Shown here one piece after another: positions 48,301 to 61,030 of a stretch of 64,000 nt of DNA. Both the position numbers and the translations under genes were made by a program. The stretch's first letter is position 1, and every line of letters begins with the position of its first letter. The notes under the pieces were generated by a model. It saw nothing but the letters and a program-made list of their open reading frames with translations. It was not told where the DNA came from and searched no databases. This stretch comes from Sphagnum compactum (lineage: Eukaryota). The stretch is from assembly GCA_965153455.1 (NCBI GenBank), contig OZ234493.1:15800213-15864212 (forward strand). Reading direction: 5' to 3'.

Positions 48301-50519
48301 CTTTTGCTTGCGCTATGTTGGATGTGCCTTCAGACATTTAGACTTTGCGTGCTTCAATGTTGTCGTAAGACTAAAGTAGTAAGCTTCAGGTTCTAGAGTT
48401 CAGGGTCCCAGCAGGGGCCATTTTGGGGTAGGTGGTGTATTTTGTCCAGGTTCCTCTACTTCCATTGCAATGTTTTGATTAAAATATTTGTTGTGGGGTT
48501 TTGTGCTAGGTTTCAGCAGATTCGTCAATCAAAACAGTAGGGGGCAGAGTGTCAATCAAACAGTTGGTGGGCATAAGCTTAGATATCAATACTGGAGGAG
48601 GCGAAATTGTTCTTGGATCACTCTATGGAAATGGTTTGAAAACTATGTGACCCATGTTGTTGTCAACTGGTTTATGTACATGCAACAGATTGCTACCTGC
48701 AACATAAGAGGGTGGTTGTTGTGCATGTGGTTGTCAATGCACATCAAGTCAGCTCCTGCTTTTCTATATCACAGAACCAAGAAAACCATATCCACAAATT
48801 ACATGTCTTTTGATTGCACAACTGTATTGTCCTTGACTTTGCATTGAAAACTTCTTGTGTGATGTGTGCAGATGTAAGACTGGAATCTTGTGGTGGATCT
48901 GTTCAGGCAAAACATATTCAAGCTCAAAACAATGTGCTTGTAAGTTTTTCATCATATCTTCAGCTATGCAGATATCTCAATTTATCTATCAGCTTTGTGG
49001 AGCTCAGCTGCAAGTGCAAATGCTTCTTAAGTTTCATAGATGGGAATTCCTCAGGTCATTCCTGAGAATTCAGCAGGTCTGAGATAGGTAGGTAGCTAGG
49101 TTGGTCAGAGTGATAGCTGCTAGATAGGCACCTTTGTGTGTTTCTGGCTTGTGTTTTTTATGTGAGTTCTTTCCACTGGAACCATTTTCTGTTCTTTGTA
49201 CAAGATTGCCAAGTTGACATAATTCCAATGCTGGCAGGTGTTGACAGAAGGTGGGAGTGTGAACATCAAAGGGCTTGATGGGTGGGTGTCATGTTCTTAT
49301 TTCAAAGCTTCCTTCTTATCACTTGTCCAAGGACCTAGACACTTCCATGACCCAGAACCCGAATAAAGCACTTTGAAATTGGTGGTCGTAAACTGAGTAA
49401 CCTGAGGTTGATTCAAGATGTGCATATTATAACCACTCTCTCTTGCAATCATGTGAAAGGATGTCACTAAATGTTGTTAAGTCTGTGTTATTGTGTGTTG
49501 CAAACATGGATTCATGCCTGTTACTGAACTGTTGTCAGTGTGACTGCAGAAATGCAAAAATTGTGACTGGTGGAGGCTCGGTGGAGTTGCAAGTGCATGA
49601 GCATGCAGGAGAGGTAAATTCACTGATCCCAGTATATCACTGTTCCAATTCAGTTGCAAAAGTTCTCATGGATCTAGTGTAAACTGTTGGTGATTGGAAT
49701 ATATGGCAGGATACCAATCCAGCTGCTGATGTGCTAAAGAATGTTTTACCTCTTCCAGGTTGAAATTGATGCTAGCAAAGGAACTGTAACACTATACTTC
49801 TCAGAACAGATCTCCGGACAGGTTTGAGCTCAACAGACCCTTCCTTCTTAACGCCTCTTTGCTGAAGATGATTCCATAATAGAACCTTTGTAAGTGAAGA
49901 TAGTGGAATGTTTATCTGCAAAGTTTTGTATCTGGTTGCTTGTACTGCAGTCACTGGAAATACAGATTATTACCCCTTTTATCTCACATTGGACTTTGAC
50001 TCAGCCAGTAGCCAGATGCAGGTGGAGTTTGTCTCAATGACAGGAATCCTGTATTTTTGTAGGGTCCACAAACTGTGGGATTCTGGGTGGAATTTTCAGA
50101 GAAATGAGGATTTGGAAGTAAAGAGTGTTTTTTCCAGTTTAAAGAAAAGCTTTTATACTGTGATGTAGTAGTATTGTTGACCTTTGTTTTTTGTGGTATT
50201 TATTCTTGTGAAGGTGGAGTTCCAAGGAGCTCAAGATCTGGAACAGGAATTTCCTATCTTGAGTGTTACTAATGAGCCTGGAGTTTACTCATTTTCAGGA
50301 GAGGGGAGGCCACAGATTGATACTACTAGCCGGGCCAGTCGCACTCATGACGCCAATGAAGCTGGCCGAGTTTTTCCTTTTACATGTCAAGTTAAAATTC
50401 TTTCTGCTGGCACTGTGTATATCAAGAAACGTAGCTGGTTAGAAATTGCAACAGCAAATAGTCTTCCTAAGTTTGTGAAGGAACAGAAGACAAACAAAGG
50501 TACGAACGGTTTAGTGTAG
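45331..50519 (+). CDS. FAM185A-like / DUF4097 (putative adhesin beta-strand repeat) protein, probably organelle-targeted, ~482 aa, 13 exons
   Basis: Frame-consistent GT-AG exons: 45331-45586, 46316-46473, 46877-46948, 47235-47313, 47616-47719, 47955-48003, 48228-48289, 48510-48633, 48872-48939, 49238-49281, 49550-49613, 49759-49821, 50214-50519. Repeated T/S-x-G-G-x-I/V units (KTSGGPIKI, SSGGSF, TVGGRV, TGGGEI, SCGGSV, TEGGSV, TGGGSV) and a C-terminal RSWLE. The N-terminus is Ala/Arg/Ser-rich. The acceptors of exons 2, 5 and 7 are the least certain. Confidence 0.8.
45650..46205. repeat. ~148-bp tandem repeat, ~4 copies, with telomere-like GGTTTAGGGTTTAGGG, in intron 1 of the FAM185A-like gene
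   Basis: GGTTTAGGG...AGAG.TTAGGGTTG..(T/C)TAG.TCAAGAG...GCTCTGAA.CTCA.AAT...AGTCAGT.CTTCACAAT recurs near 45674, 45821, 45972 and 46112. Confidence 0.85.
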
Positions 50520-51268
50520 GATTGGTAAATGAGTGCGCCTGGGAGTGATGCTGGTTAAAAAGACTTCACCAGGCTGGTATTAGTTTGGATGTAGTGTACT
50601 GACTGATTGTAATGTGGTGATAGAAGAGTTTAAACAATTCACAATAATTTTGCATATCCATAACATGCATATTTAAGTATAGAGTAAGTATTAGTTTTAA
50701 ACCAGAGACTGTAGGAAGATGTTTTCGATAGAGTAGGTTATGGCATAAATTTGGACTTTTCGTGTTGGCTGCATCTGAAGAATATGTAGTTTTCGTTTAA
50801 TCCCCCATTTCAAGTTGATGAATGATGTTGTTTACATTTGCTCTCACTTTTGGAGAGAATTTGATTTTGTTTTTTGGAGTTTATGTGTGCCATTTCATTC
50901 ACATTTCCTATTTTAACTGCTGCTGATTTGAACTTGCTGAACTTGCCATAAGTGACAGAGCCATCATGTGATGAGCACCTTGTTAAAGGAAAAAAACTGA
51001 GGAAATCTATGAGTGTTTATGTTCTACCTATCTTGTAATTTCTCCTACTCTAAATTGCCTTCACAAGATGTACATGATCTCAAGTCGTCCAATATTTGTG
51101 CAATGCTTTTCATAGCACAGATCTGAAGTTTCAGGAACACCGCAAGCTCCAGGATCAAGATTAAGGTAGGTCCTCACAGATTCCCACATACTAAACAGAG
51201 ATTTCTAATACTTCTCTTTTGAAGCTTGTTGCTGGATGATGGGTGCTGATAATGCATGGGTACTTCTG

Positions 51269-54200
51269 CTATGGAGCTTGTGATGGGTGATGATAATGCT
51301 TCTCTTCTGAAGCTTGTTGCTGGAGAATGGATTGATGTTTTTGTGTGGAACACAGCCTCTTGTGAACAACTACCACATCCACATTCTTACTAATTCTGCA
51401 TTTGCACATAAGAATCTGCAGATCTTAGTAACCAGGTTGACAAAGAGATAAATCATTTCTCTATACAAAACAGATGGCTAATGAGATGATCATTCACATG
51501 TTCAAAATGCTTTCAACACAGGCATGCTATTCTCTTATAGTTTTGCTCCAAAATTGCTTTTTGACTCTGAAAAATGTCATCTGCACAAATGTGTCATCTT
51601 CAAGCTTTGAAGTTGCAAGGACATGCATGATCCAGTTGTATACAACTCCAAAGGAAAGGGGGAAAATTACCTGTACAGATTATCTCCAGCAAGGGAGGGC
51701 TTGACAGTGATCCACTCAGGGGCTGCTTCTAGCAAGAGCTTCAATCGTTCCTCTACTTCTCCTGCTCCAACCCACAAAGTCCTTTTGATTGGTTAGCACC
51801 AGTAAACTTCTGAGCACCTGCTGCAAGAGACACCTGTTCTATATGTTGTCTGTTGTTTATTTTCCTGGTTTTTTACCTGAAAATTTTGAGAAAAGTTTCT
51901 TGTCTTCTGCACTAGTGGCTGCTGGAAAAATCTAGCAAAGCAGATACCTTGATCTAGCAAAGTGGGTACCAACTTATCTGGCAAAGTGGGCATGTACCTT
52001 GATCTGTTGTCTCAGGATTGGAGGATAAGACTTTGGAGATGAGTTCGTTGTGAGGAATGACAGTGCGGTTGCAGGATTGGAAGATGAGGCGAAGCTGGTT
52101 GAACAGTTGTGGCAGACCTGATAGCATGAGTTGTTGCCGCCGCTGCTTCAAAGTTCCATTACTTCGCTCTTCTGATGCCTTTTTCTCTTCCTCCATCACC
52201 TGTCACCAATACATTCACCTTCAGGACAGGATCTAGATCCTAGTTTCCTTCATGTGCCTTGCAGCATGGTTAGTGGTACAAGTGAAATTTGTCTAGAGTT
52301 TTCTCTGCAGTAATTTTACTTGCAGAGAGACTAACTGAGAGAGAGGGAGCTTCACATACCGAGTGCACAAGTTCAGCTGGTAGACACTGTATCATGTTCA
52401 TGTCTGCGTCTGAAACCGACTCCATCTCAGAAGAGAGAGGAATCTCCTGTTCTTGAGCAGCAGCATCACCAGTGATGCTCGAATTGCAAGGAACTTCATG
52501 CTGTTTGTGAGCATCATAATCATCAGCGATGCTTGAATTGCTCTTAGAATCTGAAAGCCCTCGAGTTGAAAGAGGGGATTTGCTGGGTATCTTCACAGGC
52601 GTTTTGAAAGTGAGGGATCTCATTGTAGCAGTCTTCTTTACAGGGGTGGCAACAGCATCAGGACAACAGGAAGGAGAAGAATTAGCTGAGGACAAGAGGG
52701 TCTTGGAGGGATCAGTACTCATGGGACACAGTGGTGTGCAGGGGGAGAAATTGTTGACCATACCAGACCTGTGTGCATGAGATTCCTCCACAGATGGCTT
52801 CATGGGTGTGCTCAGAAGGGAAGAAGAGGCATTCTGGCTGGCATTCATGACATTCTGATCTACAGTATTGCCACTCTGAACTGCATGTGCCTCCTCCATA
52901 ACAGACCTGGAAGAAAAGTGAGGTTTGAAGGACTGAGAAAAGTGCGAGAGCTTGGCTGGGTCTCTAGAGACTATATCACGGTTCTGAGAATTGCTGCTAG
53001 AGATCAACCCTACGAAGCTTGCCAAATCCAGAGCTTTAGAGGAGAACTGTGGTCGAAAGGAATGTGCAAAGTGACCTGCGGTTTTGACTGAGATTTCAGA
53101 CTTGGGAGGAATTAGGGCATGTCTATGAGGAGCAGTGTTGATCTCTAGAGGAATACATGTAGTTGCAGGAGACATCTCAAAGTCCACGGCATTGTCTTCA
53201 GCATGGCGCTGGTGGCATCTGACATCTTTTTCAGGCATTGAACCTGGCTGGCTCATGAATCCATGAGAGATCTCCAAAACCTTGGAGTTCCCAGAACTAC
53301 CCCCTGTTGCAGCTGCACCTCCAGCCTTGAACAATCGTTCAGGTAGTCGATCTTCTGGTACATCGTCTTGCTGCTCATAACACACCCCCAAAAAAAGCTC
53401 CATTAGCTACAGCTGTACTCTTCCTTGCTCCTCACTTGGTTTCCATGCAGAAGTACATCAACAAGCTCTCCCTAAACCCTCTCTCTCTGTCTCTCTCTCT
53501 GTCTTCTGAGGTGCATCTGTGTTACCTCAGGATGCATGTTTGCAAATTCCAGCAGTCTTCTATGAAAGGCTTTCCTTCGTTCCACGGAGCTGATCTTGGG
53601 TTGTTTCCTAACAGAGCTGATCAACTCGGAGCTCTGTAGCTCACTCTCTTCCTCCTCCTTCTCAGCAGGAGAAGGCATTGGCAATAGAGATATGGACAGA
53701 TCCCATTTGCTTCTTTGCAAGTCTGAATCCCAGCTCCTGACATACTCCAGGTGCACTGCTTCTGGTAGAATGTGCTTGATCTGAGCCAAATGCTGGTGAA
53801 GAAACCGTCTGGGAGTACAACCCAAAAGAGAATGAAGGACTTCAGATGTGCTTGTTGGGTCGAAGTCCAATGGAAACGAAAGACTTGCAGAACCGGCAAT
53901 GCTTGAATTCAGGGATCTAGTACGTACCTTTGTGTGGTTGCCTCGACTGTGGAACAAACAGATTCGAAAGTGCAGCGTTGACAGCGGATTGCAAGCAAAC
54001 TCACTGCAGCTTCCAATCCCTCATAGAAAGCCTTCAAGACTGCAAATCTGCACAGTTCTCTTGTTCATTCTCTGCCTCAGTTCTTCACCTCAAATCTAAA
54101 GTTTGCAATCCACAGTGAGGAGAGAGACAAAATGGGTATGTCACAAAGCTGGGAAAGAAGACGAAAACAGAGAGGGAAATGGCTTACTTGGGAGGGAGCT

Positions 54201-54477
54201 TTGAAGGAGCAGAAGACCTCTTCACTGGCGACCTGCTACCATCATCGATCGTCTCCTCGACTCCGAGGTCCAATGTTCGCTTCCGCTTCGAAGAAGGAGC
54301 TGCTGAGGGACCCGGCAAGTCTTCTTCCTCTTCTCCTCCAGAAGCTGCTTTCGTATTCCCCCTTTTCCGACGACTCCTGAAGCTTAGTAATCCGCGTCTC
54401 GCTTTCTCTGGGTCGACACCCAGATGGCCTGTTTGCAGCAATGCGCGCCTCACAACTCGTCTGTGAATGTCAGACAT
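51269..54477 (-). CDS. CDT1: DNA replication licensing factor CDT1-like protein, ~707 aa, 7 exons
   Basis: Frame-consistent exons: 54477-54188, 54047-53928, 53808-53526, 53370-52360, 52199-51998, 51761-51671, 51395-51269. The spliced N-domain LPPKFAVLKAFYEGLEAAVSLL...TFESVCSTVEATTQRRFLHQHLAQIKHILPEAV and the C-domain LPQLFNQLRLIFQS...ELISKV...EVEERLKLLLEAAPEWIT...GDNLYRI match plant CDT1. Many S/T-P-x-K CDK sites in the linker. Confidence 0.93.
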
Positions 54478-54738
54478 CGTCTTGTTGCGAGCAGAAGAAG
54501 AGCAGCGGAAGCAGAGGCGACAGAGCAAAAGAAGACGGACGACAACACAAAGAATGAGCGAATTCTTCTTTGAATAATGCGAAATGGGTGATGAAGCTAT
54601 CGAGCAATAGAGGCTCTGATCACGACATAGAGTCAAGAAATCGTCACGATTTGCATTTCAGTTACCACCAAAATTCTCGATCGGTGACGACGAAGAGCGG
54701 CGAGGAACATGAAGTGCGAAGAGTGCGCATCGGGTGCT

Positions 54739-54782
54739 TTTCAAAGCGCGGGAAAGGTCGACCAATGGGGTTGCTTCCCGCG
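54739..54782 (-). promoter_or_regulatory. E2F element(s) plus adjacent CHR-like TTTGAA upstream of CDT1
   Basis: Minus-strand TTTCCCGC (54755-54748) followed 2 nt later by TTTGAA. A second, inverted TTCCCGCG lies at 54775-54782, with CCAAT between them. Confidence 0.75.
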
Positions 54783-55828
54783 TTTGCTGACTGGAAGGGA
54801 CTTTTTCATCCATAACAGTTTGTTTTGCATCCATGCTCCTTCCTCTTTTTCCTTCTTTTTTGTTTTAAAAAAAAATTGTTGTTATTATTTTAATTTGTTT
54901 TTGTTTTTTATTTTAATTTGTTTTTGTTGTTTCTATTTTTATTTTTTTCTTTTTTTCTTTTTTTTTCTTTTTTTTGGGTGTGTGGGAAAACAATCCATGT
55001 GACAAGATCCTACCAAAGTTTTAGTTTTTTCTTTTTTTTGTTTTTGGTAGGGAGAATTAAGAACTGAAGAAATATATATATATACTTTGGCTTCAAATTG
55101 CTTCACAATACTAGTGACAATCAATTGACATAACGTCAAAATATTAATATGTTTTTAAATTAGTTAAATAATTTTTAAAAATAATTAGTTCCTAGACATT
55201 GGTAGTCTATGATTATATCTAGATTGATCATGAAATTATTTCCACTTCCATTAATTCTAGAATATGAGATTTAATTTTCATTTATTAAAACATTAACATT
55301 TCTAACACCTATGATATATATATTTTTGACTACTTCTGATGCTTAAAAAGCAATTTTTTTTTGGCCTTTGCCAATGACCAACACTCAATGTCCCTCAATG
55401 TCCTAATTACCATGCATCCCAATGACCCCTCATTCAAAAAATATATAAAATGTAAAATATTTTAAACTCTCGTGCATGCAAGTAAATCTACAATATAATG
55501 AGCAACTACAAGTGTAACTACTCTAAATAACACACTTGTCAATTTTTAACTTCACTTAGGATTAAATATTTTTCATCTAATTTACATAATGTGATGTAAT
55601 ATATATTCAAGAATGACATATAAAAATATGAGTCAATTATATCAACATTTGAGGATGAAAAAGAACTAATTAAACATTTTTAACTAGTTCTAAGGTCCTA
55701 AGTAAGTCATATAAGAATGATCAAAATTAATTTAGATTTGTTTGAATTTTTTTCATATTCATGTAGATTTAATCATTATTAAACTTTACATGGTTTCAGA
55801 TCATCATTGGAATTGATATATAAATAAA

Positions 55829-56145
55829 TTGTAAAATTCAGAATCTATAATTTTCTTTCCAATAATTCTTGAATAAATATAAAGATAAGTTGTAAAATTC
55901 GGAATCTACAATTTTCTTTCCAATAATTCTTGAATAAATATAAAGATAAGATGTAAAATTCTGAATCTACAATTTTCTTTCCAATAATTCTTGAATAAAT
56001 ATAAAGATAAGTTGTAAAATTCGGAACCTACAATTTTTTTTCCAATAATTCTTGAATAAATATAAAGATAAGTTGTAAAATTCAGAATCTACAATTTTCT
56101 TTCCAATAATTCTTGAATAAATATAAAGATAAGTTGTAAAATTCA
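55829..56145. repeat. 61-bp tandem repeat, ~5.2 near-identical copies
   Basis: TTGTAAAATTC(A/G/T)GAATCTACAATTTTCTTTCCAATAATTCTTGAATAAATATAAAGATAAG repeated head to tail. Confidence 0.95.
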
Positions 56146-58749
56146 AAGAAAATAAATTTTATTATAAAAATATATTGTACACATCAATTATGTGATTGAA
56201 CCGTAAATTTTGTGCAATGGTTGCATGTCATTTCAATTTCCAATTTCAAGTCCTTGCCCTTGTGAAAGGAACAAAGGAGTTGGGTGTGGCTCATTTTATT
56301 GTGAACACATCCATCCAACATCCCTTATTTATTTTTTTTGGTGTTCTTCAACATTGTATCCAACACCTTCAACCCTCAATGTCTTGTTTCGGTGCCCCGT
56401 ATTGTCTAAAAATTATTTTTTCATGTATAATTGAACGCCCTTAGGTTTTCCAAGTGTCCTTTTTTGACATATTATTTTGGTTTCATTTTGTAGTTCCTTT
56501 TTTAACATTCCTATCTTTTTGTTCTTCTTCATCTTTTGTCATCCTTGGTGTCATTTTTGGGTGTATTTTTGTTATTAATCAAGCTTGGGTCATTCCCAAA
56601 CCAAACCAACACATTGATTTGAATTTCGACTAAGGATGTTCAATATTGGGAATGTTTGTTAGGTAAATATCTCATTTTAGGATGTCCTTTTTGAGAACCT
56701 TGGCTTAACAACAATCATAGTGATTTAAAGGTTCAAAAAACTTTTAAAGTATTAAACAAATCAAGTATTTAGTAATGTTTTAAAAACCCAAATTTGAAGG
56801 GGGAAACATATTCTATTGATTCAAGGGAAAAAAATGTAATTAAAAAAGGAAAAAAATGTTTGTCCATTCCAAAGAAAGGATGGTTAGAAGGGGCAAATTA
56901 AAATGTCCAATGCGTGGAGGTAACGTTAAAAATTTGTTAGATCCCACTTCCCTACAAATATTAATGAACTTGATGTTTAAAATGAGTTTATTCATTTTAA
57001 TTAATTTCATGAACATAGCATTGATAAAAAATATATATAGATTTGTCAACTTTGATAAAATGTTTCAATGGATATTTCATTTTCAATGTTGGTTTGAATA
57101 TGTTTTTAATTTTGATTAAAAGTTATTCAATAAAACATCACAAAAAAATTAGTTAAATTTTTAATGACTCAATTTTTAATATTTTAATTAATTAATATAA
57201 TAATTATTAATGTATATATATATTCTTTATTTTATTTTTTAAATTGAAAAAACTACTTATTTTGGAAATTTTAGTTTTAAATTTATAATTATAATAAAAT
57301 TTCATATTGATTTATCTGTAATTTTGATTTTCAATACAAACCAAAACTATGATCATGATGAGTTCAATATTACCACTTGTTGTAATTATGAACATTATGA
57401 AAATTAATCAATATCAAATCCATTAAAAAAATGTATGTATTATGAATATAAAACGTGGTTTAATGGTTTAAAATACACCGATACATGTTCCTTTCATATG
57501 AAACGGAGTGTTGAAATTTACAACATTTAAAATAATTTGCAATCATGATGTTTAGGATAATTTTTTTAATTATAATGTAATTTCAAAACAAAAATAACAT
57601 GCATTATTTAATAGGCCATTAAGCTTGAAAGTGTAATTGTTGAATGAAAAGGTGAAACACAAACTCATTTGAATGTGAATCACGCACATTTAAATAACAC
57701 AAATGCACAAAAGAATTTCAAGGTTTTCTAGACCCTGTTGTAATACATAATGATAATAGGTTGAAAGATATGTGATTTATGAATAATGTGCAAGTGATTT
57801 AACAACAATATTAAATCTTTGAATAATCTTTGAATTTGAAATCAAGGGTTGAACTTTGAACATGCTTCAAATACATAAAAATTGAAATATATATATAATT
57901 ACAAAAAAATCTATTTGTTGTGATCAACTTTTTATGCTTTATAAAGTCTTGCCCATCTCAATTCGCAAGCATGGGTGTATTGTCCACAAACTACATCATT
58001 TTTTATATTTAAAAAAAAAATTGGCCACCTTTCTTTTCCTTTTTCTTTTTTGTAAAAAATCTATGGTAACAAGTCATTCATCATGTTGTGCATTTAATTC
58101 AATTAATGACATACATTAAAAGAAAATTGTAACCCTACAACATATTCATGATGGGATGTAAAAAACATACAATTTAATATACTCATGATATTTTCAAGAT
58201 TATAGGTTTAGAATGTAAAAGTTTATAAACAAACAATGTTCATGGTTCCAAAAAATTTGAATATTTTTTTATTGTTGCCAATTTCCTTTTTGTTAATATA
58301 ATTGTTGTTTTGTTGTTGTGTTGTTTTGTTGCAATGGATATAACTTTGATACAAGGTTTAAGTGTCAATAGGTTTTGTGAATGCAAAAAATAATAATGAA
58401 CCTTTCATTTTACGAATGTAGTAAAAATAATTGGGTCTAAGAATTGGGACAAAAAACCTATTAGGACATTGGACAAGGTTTTTGTCAAAGAACCAAGATA
58501 CTTTAAAGAAATTAATAAAATATTGAATAGGGTCTTTGTTAAGGACCTGAAATGATATACCGAACTTTAAATGCATCCCACCCCCAACTCCACCTCACAT
58601 TTGCCCCTCATAAGCATTTTAAATATCAGTATCCAGCCCTTTAAAAAAAAATTCCAATGTTTACCAATAATAAGACATATTAGTTATATTTTATAATTCA
58701 AAACTTCAAAAATTGTAAACTATTGAAATAATAATGAAATAAAAAGGAC

Positions 58750-59870
58750 TACTTGGTTTTCACTAGAGTGTTCTATTTTTTGGGGTGAATGCCAGTTTCA
58801 ACATAAACCTTGTTCCATTCCTGCCTTCTTTTTCTAGATTTCTTAGGCCAAGTGATGCATTTTTGCAAATTTGTTTGAGTAGACTTAAGAAAAACATACT
58901 TTAGATCCTTGCACACCTTTTCCTTTACAGTGCCATATTGACATGCTTTTGAAAAAACATGCCCAAAGCAAGTGCCTTGAAAGCTCTCTTCTAAACCAAG
59001 ATATTCATAGTTTACAACAACTTTCAATGCATTAGTCATTGCATTGAGATTTGGCCCCTCATCTTTGACATTATCAATGATCTTTTTCCTTAAACCATAT
59101 TTGTCCAATACTTCTGTTGGACTTTTAGCCAATGTTTGACCAATAGTTTTTGTCACCTCAAAAAAGCCAATAGTTACATTTTTTAGCTACCAATCATTAC
59201 CCAAAAAATTAATCAGTAATTCAAAGACATCATAAGTTCCCTTAGACATCCAAATATCAAAACTAGTTGCTACAAATAAACAATCTGCCAATGCAAGAAG
59301 AACATATTGTTGACTTGTCTTCTTAACTAACCCTGGCAATAGCTCTTGTGAAAATTGCCTTTCGGAAAGGAAATTTAATTTTGGACACAAATGTAGAATT
59401 AAATGTTTTAGCCACATGTTTCCCATAAACTAAATTGGTAAATTGTTCTTGGCAATCAAAAGACCCAGGTCTTCTAAAAATTCTTCCTGTGGCAGATCCT
59501 TTTTGTAAAAAAGAATCTTTAACCAACAGAAATTTAGAAATTGACCCACTAAACAAAATCGTTTTTTTATTTGGTGGTTGTCTCTCTTCTCTTCCTTTCA
59601 ACAAAAAGTTTACTTCTTCTTTAAACATCTGTGCAATAATAGTGTGCTCTCCATCCAAATGTTTTTTTAGATATATTATTCCATGTGTCTTGTAATAAGA
59701 AATCAATCCTTCCCTTGCTTGAGTTCTCGAATTTATTCCTATTATTAGTTATTGATAACAAATGATACAACACATGATTTGTGTATTCTCAAGGTCAATT
59801 TCTACATTATCATTAACATAATAAAAATCCAACACAAAGATAATATTCTATGTGGTTGCCAACTTTTTTT
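58750..59870 (-). mobile_element. Decayed, 3'-truncated hAT-superfamily transposase pseudogene
   Basis: Frameshifted fragments: ISYYKTHGIIYLKKHLDGEH (BED-finger-like end), SFDIWMSKGTYDVFELLINFLGNDW (first catalytic D region), KDEGPNLNAMTNALK (second D) and CFGHVFSKACQY (CxxH motif). Confidence 0.8.
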
Positions 59871-60429
59871 TTGTGCATGCAGTTTTTAAATATTTATCTT
59901 CATTTGTTCTTCTCCTTCATTTTTTGGATTCTTGCTTGTTTCTGTTTGCACACTTACATTTTCTTCCATAATTTTATCATTCATATAATTTCAATTGTCT
60001 CATTATTTCTAATTACAACATTTTCATCTGCAGAAGATTGTTCCATTGGCAGTTTTCACAAAAGTATTTCCAGAGCTAAAGCACAAGATTTTCAAACAAA
60101 TTTTATTAATAGACAAATCCCATTTATTTCACAAACAACAAAAGAAATAAAAAATCAAATATTCACAAAGGTTTAAAGTTTAGAAAAAGCATTTACAAGC
60201 AATGGGGTTAAAGGTTTAGGGGGAAAAAATCACTCATTTTTCTTTCATTAAGATTACCAAAATGTATAATGATTAAAAAAATTATTTGAATTTTTGGGGT
60301 TTATGGATATGCTACACATTAACAAAAAAAACAAAAAAAAACATTTCTAAACAAAAATTACAAGATTTTATTTAAAAAATCAGAATAAAAAAATATAAAT
60401 CTAAGACAAAATATTACTTAACAAAAAAA

Positions 60430-61030
60430 GAAACTAACCTTCTTTGGTTGTTGGAGAGTTTGCTTTTCCAAGCTCCAAGCTCTTCCCTACAAAAGAGGAG
60501 GGAGGAGGGAAATACCAACCAACACAAGGCAGTGAGGCAGTAACGCAACGAAGCAGTGAGGCACGAGGTAGCAAGGCAATGAAACAACAAATGTGGGGGG
60601 GGGTAGAAGGTACTTGAAGTGTGATGGCAACCAAGTAGCAAAAGGCAAGGAGGCATTAAGGTAGCGAGAGGTAGTGAAAGGTAGAAGTAACAAAGGCGAC
60701 TTGAGGTAGAGGTAGTAACAAGGGCAATTCGAAGTAGAGGCAAAGGCAACGACAAGGGCAACTTGAGGCAGGGGCAGCTCGAAGTAGAGGTAGCAGCAAG
60801 GGTAGCTCAAGGTAAAGGCAACAAGGTAGCTCGAAGCAGTTTGAGGTAGCACATAGTGCAACAAGGCGACAAGGCAACAAGTCGAGGCAACATGACGAGG
60901 CGACGAAATGACGAAGCAGCAACTCGAAGCAGCACAAGGCACAACAAGGCGGTGAGGCAACAACTTGAGGTAGTAGGATGAGGCCTCAAGGCAATAGAAC
61001 GAAGTAACGAGACAAGACAACAAGACAAGA
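60430..61030. repeat. Low-complexity purine-rich repeat region (GAGGCA/CAAGGC/GAGGTAG motifs) upstream of the hAT remnant, likely part of the same element
   Basis: Many short degenerate units such as CAAGGC(A/G)AC and TGAGGTAG; produces overlapping Leu/Cys-rich ORFs with no protein signature. Confidence 0.55.
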
